A stretch of DNA of 60,000 nt from Camelus dromedarius (lineage: Eukaryota): the NCBI RefSeq assembly GCF_036321535.1, contig NC_087438.1:1924001-1984000 (forward strand), read 5' to 3'. The notes under the pieces are model-generated. The model saw only the letters and a program-made list of their open reading frames with translations, had not been told where the DNA came from and ran no database searches. The position numbers were made by a program, and so were the translations under genes. Positions 1 to 10,775 of the stretch are shown here, piece after piece (position 1 is the first letter of the stretch; each line of letters begins with the position of its first letter).

Positions 1-124
1 CCCCCGACCCTGGGAAGGTGACCTGCTTCACTCAGTCACCAGATCAAGTGTCATCCCATCTGGAAACCCTCACAGAGATACTGTTGGATTGAATATCTTA
101 GCATCCGTGGCCCTGGCAATCACA
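1..124 (-). mobile_element. MLT2-type (ERVL) LTR, 5' end fragment, runs off the window start
   Basis: ctgcttcactcagtcaccagatcaagtgtcatcccatctggaaaccctcacaga...aatatct...catccgtggccc...atcaca resembles the reverse complement of the MLT2 LTR start (TGTGATGG...GGGCCACGGGGTGCCCAGATATT...TCTGTGAGGGTGTTTCTGGATGAGATT...GACTGAGTAAAGCAG); recalled consensus. Confidence 0.65.
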
Positions 125-164
125 GCTTCGGAAGATCGATTTTTGAAATCACACGCCCTCCCCA

Positions 165-660
165 GGTGTCAATACAAGGGACTTTCCCCTCCATAAAACT
201 GGACATCGATGGACGTCTGGTCCTTCCTCTGGGGTTTTTGCAACTGCGTCCTGGTGTCAGGCCTCCCTTCTGTAATTTCATACGCGCAGGTGGCTGGGTG
301 ATAGAAGTTCTCAGGGACACAGGAATGCACCTGCAGGCAGCGTGCCTGTTGGTCCACAGGTGACTCCAAGAACATGACCACACCGTGTTGCTAGAAGACA
401 GAGCTGCATGGGCACATGGCCGGGGTCACTGGTTTTCCACTGATAGACATCACTGGACCTGCCAGTCCCTGAGAGGGAGTTGCCCACAGGGAGAGGATGG
501 GTCATGTGGCCATGTCCACGGGGAGGGCTGCACAGAGTGGTCCGTGGACATGGCCTGGGAGGCCTGAGATGTACCATGGACTGAGCCATTCTGGTTGGAA
601 CTCTGTAGGCATCAGTGTCAATTATCGCCCCTGTGATCTGGAGTACAGACAGGAAATGCC
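165..660 (-). mobile_element. Possible highly decayed ERVL/Gypsy-like pol (protease/RT) relic
   Basis: Minus strand gives frameshifted peptide fragments resembling DTGxxLTLIP (~605-635), AAxDLAN..FxxPV (~355-410), CxPxxFxHP (~295-325) and xIDxxxxG (~190-210), in retroviral order; weak and heavily broken. Confidence 0.3.
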
Positions 661-2554
661 ACTCAAAGTGGTGAACTCGGGGCGCAGTCCCGCCCGCCTT
701 GTCATTTGTGTCTTCTTTGTTGGATCATCCATGAAAAATAGAAACCTGGGGTGAAACTAGATTACAAAGCCCCCTCACCCTAGGGCACCCCCCGGGCTCC
801 CCCGCCTGGCTCCCCCGAGCCTCCACGGCGCTCGTGGGCATCACCAGTCTCTAAGAGAGGCGCCGAGCGCTGCGTCCCCCGGGTTACTTGATGAGCGGAC
901 GTCCTCACCGAGCGTCTGGGGTCCGTGGGACCAGCGCTCTGGAAACAGACTTTGAGACGCCCAGATCTGCTTTAAGGGTTCTCTGTGTGAAGGGGCTGCT
1001 TCGGTTGCTACGTGAGAACTGTTTTCTTAACGACAAAGTACAGCTTTCACTCTGAAACGCCGGCTCTCTGTGCTTCCGTCCCCCGGCTGACTACGCAGGA
1101 ATCCGGGCCTCCTCGAGGAAAACTCTAAGACCAGTGGTCGATTTCTTCCGGGAGGCATGAGAGGGACGTGATGTGTCACTGCTGGGACCCAGAAGGTGGT
1201 CAGGGTCCGTCTGTGTCCGCCCACAAATCACTTTTTCCCTCCTCGGGGGGTGGGGAGGGGGGTCCTATTCTGGCGCGGGGAGGGCGCTCCGGCCAGGAGT
1301 CCCGGGTTACAGACCACAGAGGCTTCAAAGAATAGGCTGCGACCGGGGGTGAGTGGGCAGGGGGCATTTTGAAATGTGCTTCTTTAACCCAAAGGGGCTG
1401 GAGTCCAGCACCCCCTGTTCCCATGCAAAACTCCAGGCTGTTCTTCCAAAACCAGGAACCCTCCCAGTGAGAAGTTCTGATGGTATCTGAACCCAGCCCC
1501 CTAACCCAGCCCCAGCTACCCCTTGACTATCCCCCTAGGTGGCCAGGAGAGCCGCATTTAAAGGTCTGCAGACTGGTGTTTGTGGCCACATGTGCTGTGG
1601 AGACCCCAGGCGTTGCCATGACCCTCAGCCCTTGCCCGGAGTTGAGGAGGACCACCAGAGCCGGCTGTGCGGGACGGGGGTCCCCGCAGCAGGGTTCTGC
1701 AGGTGTGTGGGGCCTCCTCCAGCCCAAACCGGGCCCGTTAACAGAGTCTGCTCCCCACCCTGCCCCCAGCACCTGCATCTCATTCACGGACGCTTCCCTC
1801 CAAGGCTGGGGGGTGACGCTGAGTGAGGCGCCCTCCTCATCTGGCCCCTCACGTGGGGACGCCACGCTCTTCTCTGGGGCGCAAGGCTGGGCTCCCGTGT
1901 GGGGCTCTAGGTGGCGATAAGCCCTGGTCCTGGAAGAGTGTCCCCAAAGTGGCAGCCAGTGAGTCTCTGACATTGGACACAAGTCCTTATCTGTCAGGGC
2001 TGGGGGAGGCGGGGGACTGCAGAACAGAGCCTCCCAAATGTCACCCAGGCCCATTCTCTCTGCACAGCCAGCCACGTGCGTGCCGGAGGGACACGGTGCC
2101 CAGGCCAGGCTGCGTGCCATCCAGAGGGCGTCCTAGGGGAGGGTGGGCGAGCACGTTGTTCCTGTGACAATGGAGCACTTGTGGTTGGGGGAGAGGAAGA
2201 AGACTTTGGGTTACTCTCGTCGGCACACGTACGTGTTCCTCTCTGCTGGATAAAAACACGGTTCCACAGAGCACTTTTCTAGGTACTGCAGAGCAGAGGC
2301 ACCTGGCATGATCGCTTCTGGTGACGTAATGCTTTCTTAAGTCACCTCCAAGCAGCATCCATGCCACCCCATGCCGGCCTGTTGGGTTCCGAGATACGGA
2401 GCTGCCTTCCCTTCACCCTGGTGGGGGCCCACGGCCCCTCAGTGCCCCCTGCCTTCTGCTAGGTCCTAGTGTACGTCTGGGAGGGGAGACGCCTTGGACC
2501 CGAGGGGAGCCTGAATCTTAGAGGAGGCAGCAGTTTCTTGATTGTAGTTCCGAG

Positions 2555-2710
2555 CAGACCTCAGCCCGATGGCCTATGTGCAGATCCAAGCCCCTCCCTC
2601 ACCTGGACACTTTCTCTTATCTTCTCCGTGCCTCAGTTTCCTCACCTGTAAAACAGGACAATAGTGACACCTGCCTCTTCCGTGCAGCAGTGACTGTTAA
2701 AAGCTGTGCT
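2555..2710 (+). mobile_element. MIR SINE core
   Basis: ctccgtgcctcagtttcctcacctgtaaaacaggacaatagtgacacctgcctc matches the MIR core CTCTGTGCCTCAGTTTCCTCATCTGTAAAATGGGGATAATAGTACCTACCTC. Confidence 0.85.
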
Positions 2711-3149
2711 AGTTACAGTTTCCAGTTACTGGTTACAGGTACTGGCAGAAAGGGAGATGGACAGACCAGGAGGAGACGAAGACCAAAGAGCTGTGCCAGG
2801 AAGGGGGTGTGACTGTCACAGGAAGGTGACCGCACCTGGGGGGCTGGGGAGGGAGCTCTCTCTGGGAAGGTGGCATTTATGCCATGTGATCAGGGAACAC
2901 AATGTGATTCCAGAGCAAGACGGCGCTCAGCGCCTTGCCCTGGTCCACGTCGTCCTGGGGTTTAATTTCTGGTGTGAGTTTAGGGAATCCATCGCCTCCT
3001 ACTTTCTGCTTCTTGTGACAAAGAAGCGCTGCCTTACCGAGATAAGAAAATGATAAAGTGCAGGAGAAATCAAATGGAGAACTTCAAGACATTATATAAA
3101 TTCCTGCCGTAAATGTCATCATTGGGGAAGAGAACGCTGCAGGTGTCCC

Positions 3150-3437
3150 CTTCCTGGAGTGTTCAGAGGAGCAGAGGGGATGTAGGGTGGGAACCCAGGC
3201 AAGACCCGGGGGGGGCTGCTGCCACGTCCCAGAGGAATCATTCCTGTGACACCGAGGCCCCCACCTGCTGGGCCTGGGGCCCACTGTCTTCGGACTGGAA
3301 ACACACCCTCGGCCAGCCAGCTGGTGACAGTCCTGGACTTGGCAGCCTCTGTGGTCACGTGCGCCAACCCCTGTACTAAATCTCTTGCTCCGTATGTATA
3401 GCAGCTTCTGCTTCTCTGGAGGGCCTGAGCAACTCAC
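3150..3437 (+). mobile_element. MLT2-type (ERVL) LTR, 3' portion
   Basis: ggacttggcagcctctgtggtcacgtgcgccaacccctgtactaaatctc...ttctgcttctctggagggcctgagcaactca resembles the MLT2 3' end (GGACTTCTCAGCCTCCATAATCGCGTGAGCCAATTCC..AATAAATCTC..TTCTGTTTCTCTGGAGAACCCTGACTAATACA). Confidence 0.65.
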
Positions 3438-3489
3438 CAGCTCCAAGCCGTTCCAGAAAAGACAGTGGAAGGATCAGGGGTCCCCCCCG

Positions 3490-3815
3490 GAGTCTGTGGG
3501 GAGGGAGGAGTGAGCGGGTGGGTCGGGGTGAGAAACTTCTCTGAGTGACCCAGTAATGGTGAGTGCAAGTCATTATACACTTGTCAAAACCTGTAGGATG
3601 GACAGCACCAAGCGTGCACCCTAATGTGTGCTCTGGAGTCGGGGTGACAATGCTGCGCTGTCCTGGGTCGTTGGTTTTAACGGCGGTTCTCCTCTGCTGG
3701 GAGATTCTGACTCCACGGGGAGCTGTGCATGTTGGGGGGGTGGCGGTGGGGAAGCCACGCTTTCACTAAAGTTTGCTGTGAACCTAAAACTACTCTAAAA
3801 GTAGCCTTTATTAAA
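3490..3815 (+). mobile_element. Old L1 3' end (L1MC1-3-like)
   Basis: gtcattatacacttgtcaaaacctgtaggatggacagcaccaagcgtgcaccctaatgt...tttgctgtgaacctaaaactactctaaaa is the characteristic L1MC 3' UTR terminus. Confidence 0.8.
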
Positions 3816-4129
3816 TTTTTCTAATGCTACTGCCTCTAGCCTTTGGGATCATGGATGTTTCTCCTGTGACAGAGCGGGCCTCCCTGACGTCGGGGGCAGG
3901 TCAGCCGAGGTTTTAAGCCTGACATCTCTGATGGTTCTGAGATAAAGGAGGAGACAGCAGAACATTTAAGTTTTCTTCAGAAAACTGGAACATCTCAGAC
4001 CTTCACCAGATCTCTGAAGTTTGGAGAAAATCTTGAAATTCATTTTGGCCTTGATCTAAGCACCTGGGGCCACATCAGCCTGGAAGTCCTTCCCTACTTG
4101 GGTTGCACCCTAAGTGCTCCTTGTATCCG

Positions 4130-5300
4130 GAGCAGCTGCGGAGGGAGCGAAGCGAATGCTTCAGCAATTTGCCCAAATGACTCAGAGAGAGGGATTCGGC
4201 TTATTTTCCTTCCAGCAACTTGAGGCCCCCAGCGCTGCGCTTGTTTGCCTCGGCTTCCGAACCCCCCGGCGGCGCGGGGTGACCGCGGGGTTGCACGCCC
4301 TCCTCCCTGGCCCGCAGCGGCCCTCCGGCGCCGGGGGCGCAGGCCGCGCTGCCAGCAGCGCTCCGCTGTGATTTACGCGCAGACAGCGGAGCCCTGGCTG
4401 AATCCCACCACGGGCTGCCTGTTGGTGCTCCCTGGCCTCCGCTCTCTCCGTCGGGTGCAGACGGTGCTGGGAAGCACTTGTGCTGAGCTCTGCACAGGCG
4501 GGCAAATCACACACGCACCTGCCCGGGTGGTCGCCCCTCCTGAGCAGCGCCGGAGGGGGTGGGGGACGAGCGGCGCGAGGCGGGCGCAGGAGCGGGACGC
4601 GGGGACCGGGCCGCCGGGACCGGGCCGTCGGGACCGGGCCGCCGCCCGCGCCGCCCGCCTGCCGGCTCCCGCTGCTCTCGGCCTCCGCTTTAAACAGTGC
4701 GGCTCAACCGCTATATTGTGTATTGAAATAACATTTTTTCGCTGCCATTTTCAAATTGCTTTTGCATAGTCAATTCTAGCAAAGGACCCTGCAGCCCAGT
4801 TTCCACGCGCCCGAGGTCGCAGGTTCATGCTATGCCCGTAGATGGTGGAGTCTGTGTTATTGCTGTCCCCGGGCTGGCACTTGGGAGGCGCAAAGGCTCC
4901 CGGCTCGTCACGACACGCCCGGGCCTCGGCCGCGGGCCCGGAGCCTCGTCCCGCTTCCTCGGGGCTGCCTCCGAGCCGGCCCCGTCCCAGGACTGTGTGC
5001 TCGTCACGCTGGTCCCCTTGTGCGAAGTCCCCTGAGTGAGGTGAAATGAGATGCCCCTGCGGTTCACCTGGTGGGCTACCCGGGAGGGAGAGCACTGCTG
5101 CGCACATTTGAAGAAAGGATCCGCGTGGCCCCCGTTGCAAGATGTAGGGAGACTTCAGCGCTTGGTTAAGGCCCACTTTTCAAAGCCCACCCTCCGACAG
5201 ACACCCCGCCCTCCCTCTGACCGGAGCCTGGGCGGGCCCTGCACAGGGGTGGCCAGCCCGCGCCAACCTCTGCGCACGTGACCTCGGGTCGTCCCATCTG
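4130..5300. promoter_or_regulatory. CpG island (promoter- or enhancer-like) with an internal AT-rich core
   Basis: Very high GC and CpG density at 4230-4690 and 4860-5030; AT-rich insert at 4689-4785 containing a YY1-like GCCATTTT (4744-4751); no associated coding exon recognised. Confidence 0.7.
4602..4643 (+). repeat. 14-bp tandem repeat x3 (gggaccgggccgyc)
   Basis: gggaccgggccgcc / gggaccgggccgtc / gggaccgggccgcc read directly. Confidence 0.9.
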
Positions 5301-5964
5301 CCGCAAGAACGGTGTCTACACTTGGACCTGTGTGTCCTCTTAGTCGCAAACCACTGTGAGTTTGCTGAAAGGATCAGACTAACTGGAGGAACGCCCCTGA
5401 GTGTGTTAGGAATCAAGAATGGGTGATGGCCATACAGCGCAGCACTTCACAGCGTGTGAGTGCTTTCAGGACTGCGGGGTGGAATTTCTGTCCCCTTTGG
5501 ACACACAGGGCAAAAGTCTGAGAGGCTGTGACCGGGGCCGGCCCACAGCTCAGGGAGAGGAGCCTGGCCGCGGGGTGGAGGGTGACGCGGCTCAGTGCGG
5601 AGGCCGTGGCCCCGGGAGCCCTGTGAAGTGCTGACGTCTCCCAGCAGTACATGAAGTGACCTTCCCGAAGGCTGGGGTCCTCCAAGCCCAGCGCCCAGCC
5701 CTCACCCTCCCTGTTGAATTGCACAAACGCAGACTCTGCCTTGCAGTGGCCGCTCGCTCCAAATCGCAGTTTGCAAGTCGGTGCCCGGCTAGCACCCTGT
5801 CAGACCCACAGCCCCGTCTGGGACTGAACCTGCACAGCCGCATTCCAGAGCTGGGCCGCGGCTCTCTGGGAATGCTGGGTCTCAGTTCTCGACCAACAGT
5901 GGAGTCCTTTGTGTGCAAGTTCCTGGATCATTTGATTTTTTTTTTTAATCAATACATTTCAAAA

Positions 5965-6178
5965 TGGTGGGATGGGTGGAGGGATAAATTAGGAGTTTGG
6001 GATTTGCAGATACTAACTACTATATATAAAATAGAAAAACAGCAAGCTCCTGCTGTAGAGCACAGGGAACTCCATTTAACACCTTGCGACAGCCTAGAAT
6101 GAAACAGAATAGGAAAAGGAACACACACATGTATAGCTGAGTCAGTGTGCTGTCCCCCACGAACTGACACAGTTTTTA
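5965..6178 (+). mobile_element. Cetartiodactyl-type L1 3' UTR fragment
   Basis: gggataaattaggagtttgggatttgcagatactaactactatatataaaataga...ctgtagagcacagggaact; homologous to 31626-31715 in this window. Confidence 0.9.
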
Positions 6179-6189
6179 AATTTATAGAA

Positions 6190-6302
6190 TCCTTTCATAT
6201 CAATTGTCCCTCTTGACTGTCTCAGCAACCCCACGAGAGGCACTGGGAAAGTATTTTTATTCCAATTCTTAATGAATGACCTGAGACACAGAGTTTAGTA
6301 AA
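6190..6302 (-). mobile_element. Decayed MIR fragment
   Basis: ctcagcaaccccacgagagg...tatttttattccaattctt...ctgagacacagagtttagtaa resembles antisense MIR. Confidence 0.45.
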
Positions 6303-6305
6303 GGA

Positions 6306-6428
6306 AAGGGGTTTCACCTGAACCGTCCTGTCACGAGTGGCCTGAGTCTTTTTCTGAAGGAAGACCAAGGGGGTTTCACCTGAACTGTCCTGTCACGAGT
6401 GGCCTGAGTCTTTTTCTGAAGGAAGACC
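6306..6428 (+). repeat. Recent 61/62-bp tandem duplication
   Basis: aagggg(g)tttcacctgaac(c/t)gtcctgtcacgagtggcctgagtctttttctgaaggaagacc occurs twice head-to-tail, differing by one substitution and one indel. Confidence 0.95.
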
Positions 6429-6789
6429 AGTGGAAACAAAAACTCCTGGCTCTCGAGAGTCCGAGCGGGGTGTTCTGTGAGAGGAGGGCAGGCAGCCTGA
6501 CCTTGTCTTGGCCAGCGGGGAGGTCTGCCGGAAAGGGTGTGTGAGCGGAGGCTTGACAGACGGACAGGTGCACAGGCCGTGCCGGGTGAGACCTACTGTG
6601 GAAAGACGTCTCAACAGTGGGGAGGGACACAGGTGTGATGGTGGCAAATCTGAAGACACGCTGATCATGTTCTCAGAAGAGTGGAGAGACGTGCCCATGG
6701 TCACCTTATGCAGGACAGGCTGGACCCAGGGCTCCCCCCGTCCACCCCAGGGGTTGCTTCTGCTTCTACTCTGGTGCTACCTATGCAGC

Positions 6790-6990
6790 CTCCCTACCTA
6801 TCAGCTCTGCTTGTGTGTCTATCCATCCATCCACCCATCTACCCATCATCTCTCCATTCATTGTCTGTCATCCATCCGTTATTTATGCACCTATCATCTG
6901 TCTATTGTCTATGTATCTGTCTGCCTGTCTATCTGTCTAGCTAGCTAGCTGTCTAGCTCTATTTCTGTATCTATGCCATCTATGTCTCTA
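6790..6990. repeat. Degenerate (TCTA/CCAT)n simple repeat
   Basis: Runs of ctat, ccat, tctg and ctag tetramers. Confidence 0.8.
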
Positions 6991-7099
6991 TTTCACTTTT
7001 GAAACCTTAAGCTTATAAAAGCAAAGGTTGGTAAGTTGTGGAGAAGCTGGTGTTACCATACATTGTTTCTGAGAATGTAAAATGGTTCAACCACTTTGG

Positions 7100-7107
7100 A
7101 AAATAAT

Positions 7108-7143
<36 letters not shown>

Positions 7144-7215
7144 TATTATTATTATTATTATTATTATAATTATATATTTATAATTAAATAATAATAATTT
7201 AATAATAATTAAAAT
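7100..7215. repeat. 116-bp pure A/T tract with an (AAT)10-AA-(ATT)8 inverted microsatellite
   Basis: Read directly; no G or C between 7100 and 7215. Confidence 0.95.
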
Positions 7216-7421
7216 CAAACCCACAGATACCACAGCTGACCCCAAATTCCACTTGGAAGTATTTACTCAAGAGAATTAAAAGCATAAGTCTACAAAATAA
7301 CTTGCAGAAGGGTGTTCGTGGAAGCCTTATTCATGATGACAAATGCTCATCGCGAGAGAACAGATGAACAGATGTGGTTTATCCACACCAGGGAACGCCA
7401 CCCAGCACAACACAGCGGCGG

Positions 7422-7494
7422 CTGCGGACACCCTGCCCTGTGGACACCCTGCCCTGCGGACGCCCTGCCCCCCTGCGGACACCCTGCCCTGTGG
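7422..7494 (+). repeat. ~16-bp minisatellite, ~4.5 copies (ctgyggacaccctgcc)
   Basis: Read directly. Confidence 0.9.
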
Positions 7495-9049
7495 AAGACT
7501 CTCGGAAGGCTCCCCCGAGAGAGGGAAGCCAGTTCAGTTCAGGACAGGTGGCGTCCAGAGCAGGCGGAAGAGCTGATGGTGACGGAAGTCAGGGGCAGGA
7601 GGCGGAGTGGGACCAAGGCTGGGAGGAAGGGCCGAGGGGGCCTTCCTGGGGAGGTGGCACTGCTGTGTTCCGTCCCGGTCGTCATCACAGGAGGTGAGTA
7701 ACTGTCCCAGCTCACCGACCTGAGCACTTCCGAAATCCGTGATGCGTTGACTGGCACGTCCCCTCCCTTGGTGTCTCCTGAATATTAGCGCACAGGGAAG
7801 GGGCGACGGCTCTGGGGGGCCCTGCCAACCAGGAGCTCCCTGGGTCTCCTGTGTGTGTCTACAGCCCCTGTCCTGACCACCGAAAGCCTACCCTACACTT
7901 GGCTATTTTTGCTTTTTTTATCCCGACGTAAGAACATGATCAAAGTTACCTGTTTCCACACAGTCAGGCTAAACCTTTGATCAGCCTAAAAGTTCTGCTT
8001 CTGCTTCTGCTCCTTAGGCAGACCTGCCCGGAGGAGCACCTGAACAGCTCATACCGAAGGGCACTTAGACATCAGCCATGGTCCACCGGACCTGCCCATC
8101 TCGGCCCTGCCCGGGTACCGGTGGTTCCACCTGGACATCCTGTTGCTCGGTCTTTACCTGCAAATGGAACCAGCCGGAGAGGGAATGGGTCACGAGGTTC
8201 CTCTTTGCAATTGTTCTCAAATTTGGGTAGCCTCTGTCCTTTTAAAAACTCAGATAAGAAATCAAAACTGTACTGCCACACTGTAAAAAGATGGTCTGAA
8301 ATAATACAACGAAGAAGAATATAGAAGATTAGTGGATTTGAAAACATGATCACACGTGTACAATTCTGCATCTGCAGGCTGTCAACCCACAGGCAATGCA
8401 GAGGAGGTGCGGGTTTAACAGGAGACGTGACGCTTTAGTAAAAGGGCGCATGACGTGCAGAAGGCTGAACAGAGCGCTTCGTGTTCAGCGGCACACTTGT
8501 CCTCTATTATTCATCAGTGTGGTGACATTTGAGCCTAAATAATAATAATTGGAGACTGGGTCTCAGAATGAATTCCCACATTCAAAGGGACTCTAATTCA
8601 TAGGGTGAGCAGTGCAGAACACAGCAAGCAGTAAAGTGTTACAAAATAGCATGAACGCAGTCAGGGTAAAGGGCTGGGTAAAGGCTGCGTTGGTGGACTG
8701 GCAATACATGGAGCGGTGAGAGGACAGCGGGTCATCTAAGGACAGGGGTCAGAGGTCAGAGGCATCCAGACTCTGTGTGTCAGTGTGTCTGTGCGCCCGT
8801 GTGTCTGTGCGCTGAGGGACGGTGGGCCGCTGGGCACCCGGCTGGTCTCCGTGACTGTAACCAAGGATACACAGGAGAGGATGTCAGAGGACGGGAGAAG
8901 GGGCAGGGAGCTTCCAGGGCAGGCGGGGAGAGGCTGGACCCCGCCAGAGCACTCTGTGGCCCCCATGGTGGCCTGGACAATGGAGACCCTCAGCGGGCCC
9001 TTCTCCCCCTGAAGGGGCTTCACGGGAGAAGAGCAGGTGGCGATGCAAT

Positions 9050-9163
9050 GGCGGTATCCCCGGCAGCGGTGTGCCAGGCGGCGGTGTGCCAGGCGGCGGT
9101 GTCCCCGGCGGTGGTGTGCCAGGCGGTGTCCCAGGCGGTGTCCCAGGCGGCGATGTCCCAGGC
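9050..9163 (+). repeat. GC-rich 12/15-bp minisatellite (ggcggcggtgtsccc/a), ~8 copies
   Basis: Read directly; units are multiples of 3, which produces the repetitive ORFs in the track. Confidence 0.9.
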
Positions 9164-10323
9164 AGGCTCCGTGTTCGGTGGAGAAAGGATCCGGGCTGTG
9201 GACGCCGACCCGTGAAGGAGGGTGTTCTCCGAGGCCGGGGCCTTGGGCTCAGAGTTCTTTTTGTTTTTTTTTCTGTTCTTTTCCTTCTTCCTCCCTCTCT
9301 CACTTTTTTCTTTCTCGTTTCCGTTATCTGGATTCCCCCAGCAGATCTGTGTTGCTTTTCTGATACACAGGGCACCACGTAATTTCTGGCAGTTCTGAAG
9401 AGTGTATTTCTTATGCTCTGATGAGCTCCTCATAAGCAAAGAATAAGGAACAGGCTAGAAGTTGAACAGATTGTGAAAGGAGTTTTATTTGGTCTCTGCC
9501 CCTGGAGCTGGGCACAGATGCCGCCCTGTCCATCATGAGACTTCCACGGGCAGCAGTGTCTAATCGCTTCCACGTGGTGGGCAGCTCAGAGTGACCGAGA
9601 GTCAGCCCACGTTACAGAGCAGACTGGGGCCCCAAATCAGAGGTGGCATTTTTGGTATCTAAGCAAAATCTGACTTAGGATTCTAAAAGGAAGAGAAAAA
9701 AAAAAAAAAGATAAGAAGGAAACTGACTACGCTTCATCCTAAGATTGGCTTAGTTTTCTTTCGATGCCCCGTTGCTTGAGTGTCTGTTTCGTGTAGCATC
9801 GTATCAGCTGACGGATGTATCTCAGCATCCTGTGAAAAGCTGAGGCATCAGGAAGCCCCCGACCACATCTGCAGTGCCGCTATGGCCGAGAACAGCTCAG
9901 AGGTGCCTGGGAGTGTTAATTAAAATGGAACCACTTGGAAGAAGTCACTCACTGAAGCCAAACTTCATGCTCCCACGCGGGGCCATCTCCCCGTAACTCT
10001 CCTTAGTATTTATTTGCTGATAGGAAGAGCCTGCTGATGAACACGTACGGGGCACTTCAGGCCTGAGTAGGGTTAATCTCTTTAGTTCAGGTGAGTTCAT
10101 TTTAGCCGTGATTCACTTCATTGGCTATCTGTAATGATTATTAACAAGCTTAAAGACCTCTGGGAGATTGTGGATAAAAATGCAGTGCCAGGGAAGCAGG
10201 CTATCATTATGCTAATAGGGTTGGAATAATAATTACCAGGCACGCACAGCTTCCAGAGGAATCCTGGGGACTGGAAAGGGTCACCAGGTTAGGCCATCTC
10301 TCACCGGCTTTGCATCCTGGTGG

Positions 10324-10375
10324 ACACACACGCACACACGCACACACATGCATGCACACATGCACGCACACGCAC
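10324..10375. repeat. Imperfect (CA)n microsatellite
   Basis: acacacacgcacacacgcacacacatgcatgcacacatgcacgcacacgcac. Confidence 0.85.
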
Positions 10376-10559
10376 ATTATTCTTCTGTAGAGAGATATTA
10401 AATATATATTTATATTCATTGCTTCTCCACTGCACTTAAGTGAATTCACAGTGAGATGAAGGAGGATGTAAAGAAACAGCGTTTCTGTTTTTCATGCATC
10501 AGCGACACATTTTAATAGCCTTAAGTGTGGATTCTGTTCAAATATTTTGAACACTTCCT

Positions 10560-10775
10560 CCACATCTATCACGCGTCCTTCCTCCAAGCCAGCACCCTTA
10601 ATTCCAGGCACATCTCTGTCTACTTTCATTTTCTTGTCTTTCCATCTCTCTCTGCGCTTCGTCCTGGGTTCTTGGGGGCAGAAATCACATCTTGCTCATC
10701 ACGCTGCCTTCTTTTCTGGGCACAATGCCTGCACTCAGACAGTTGCTATAAAGACATACTTAAGATGCATGATTC
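10560..10775 (+). mobile_element. L2 LINE 3' end
   Basis: ttcttgggggcagaaatcacatcttgctcatc...gggcacaatgcctgcactcagacagttgctataaagacatacttaagatgcatga resembles the L2 3' terminus. Confidence 0.65.

Larger units (their letters stand above)
7020..7760 (+). mobile_element. Old L1M (ORF2 end/3' UTR) relic, interrupted by an AT palindrome and a minisatellite
   Basis: gagaatgtaaaatggttcaaccactttggaaaa ... gaccccaaattccacttggaagtatttactcaagagaattaaaagcata ... gccttattcatgatgacaaa ... atgtggtttatccacac are L1M hallmarks. Confidence 0.75.

Noticed and set aside
1245..1283. G-quadruplex-capable G-runs (also ~13337-13360, 43002-43030, 45317-45370)
   Set aside because: Expected at this GC content; nothing singles them out
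4114..5176. ORFs across the CpG island as a first coding exon
   Set aside because: Mostly non-ATG starts, low-complexity Arg/Ala/Gly/Pro content and no recognisable protein
9071..9382. Elastin-like VPGG ORF
   Set aside because: Derived from a short minisatellite and runs into a T-rich tract; no elastin exon context
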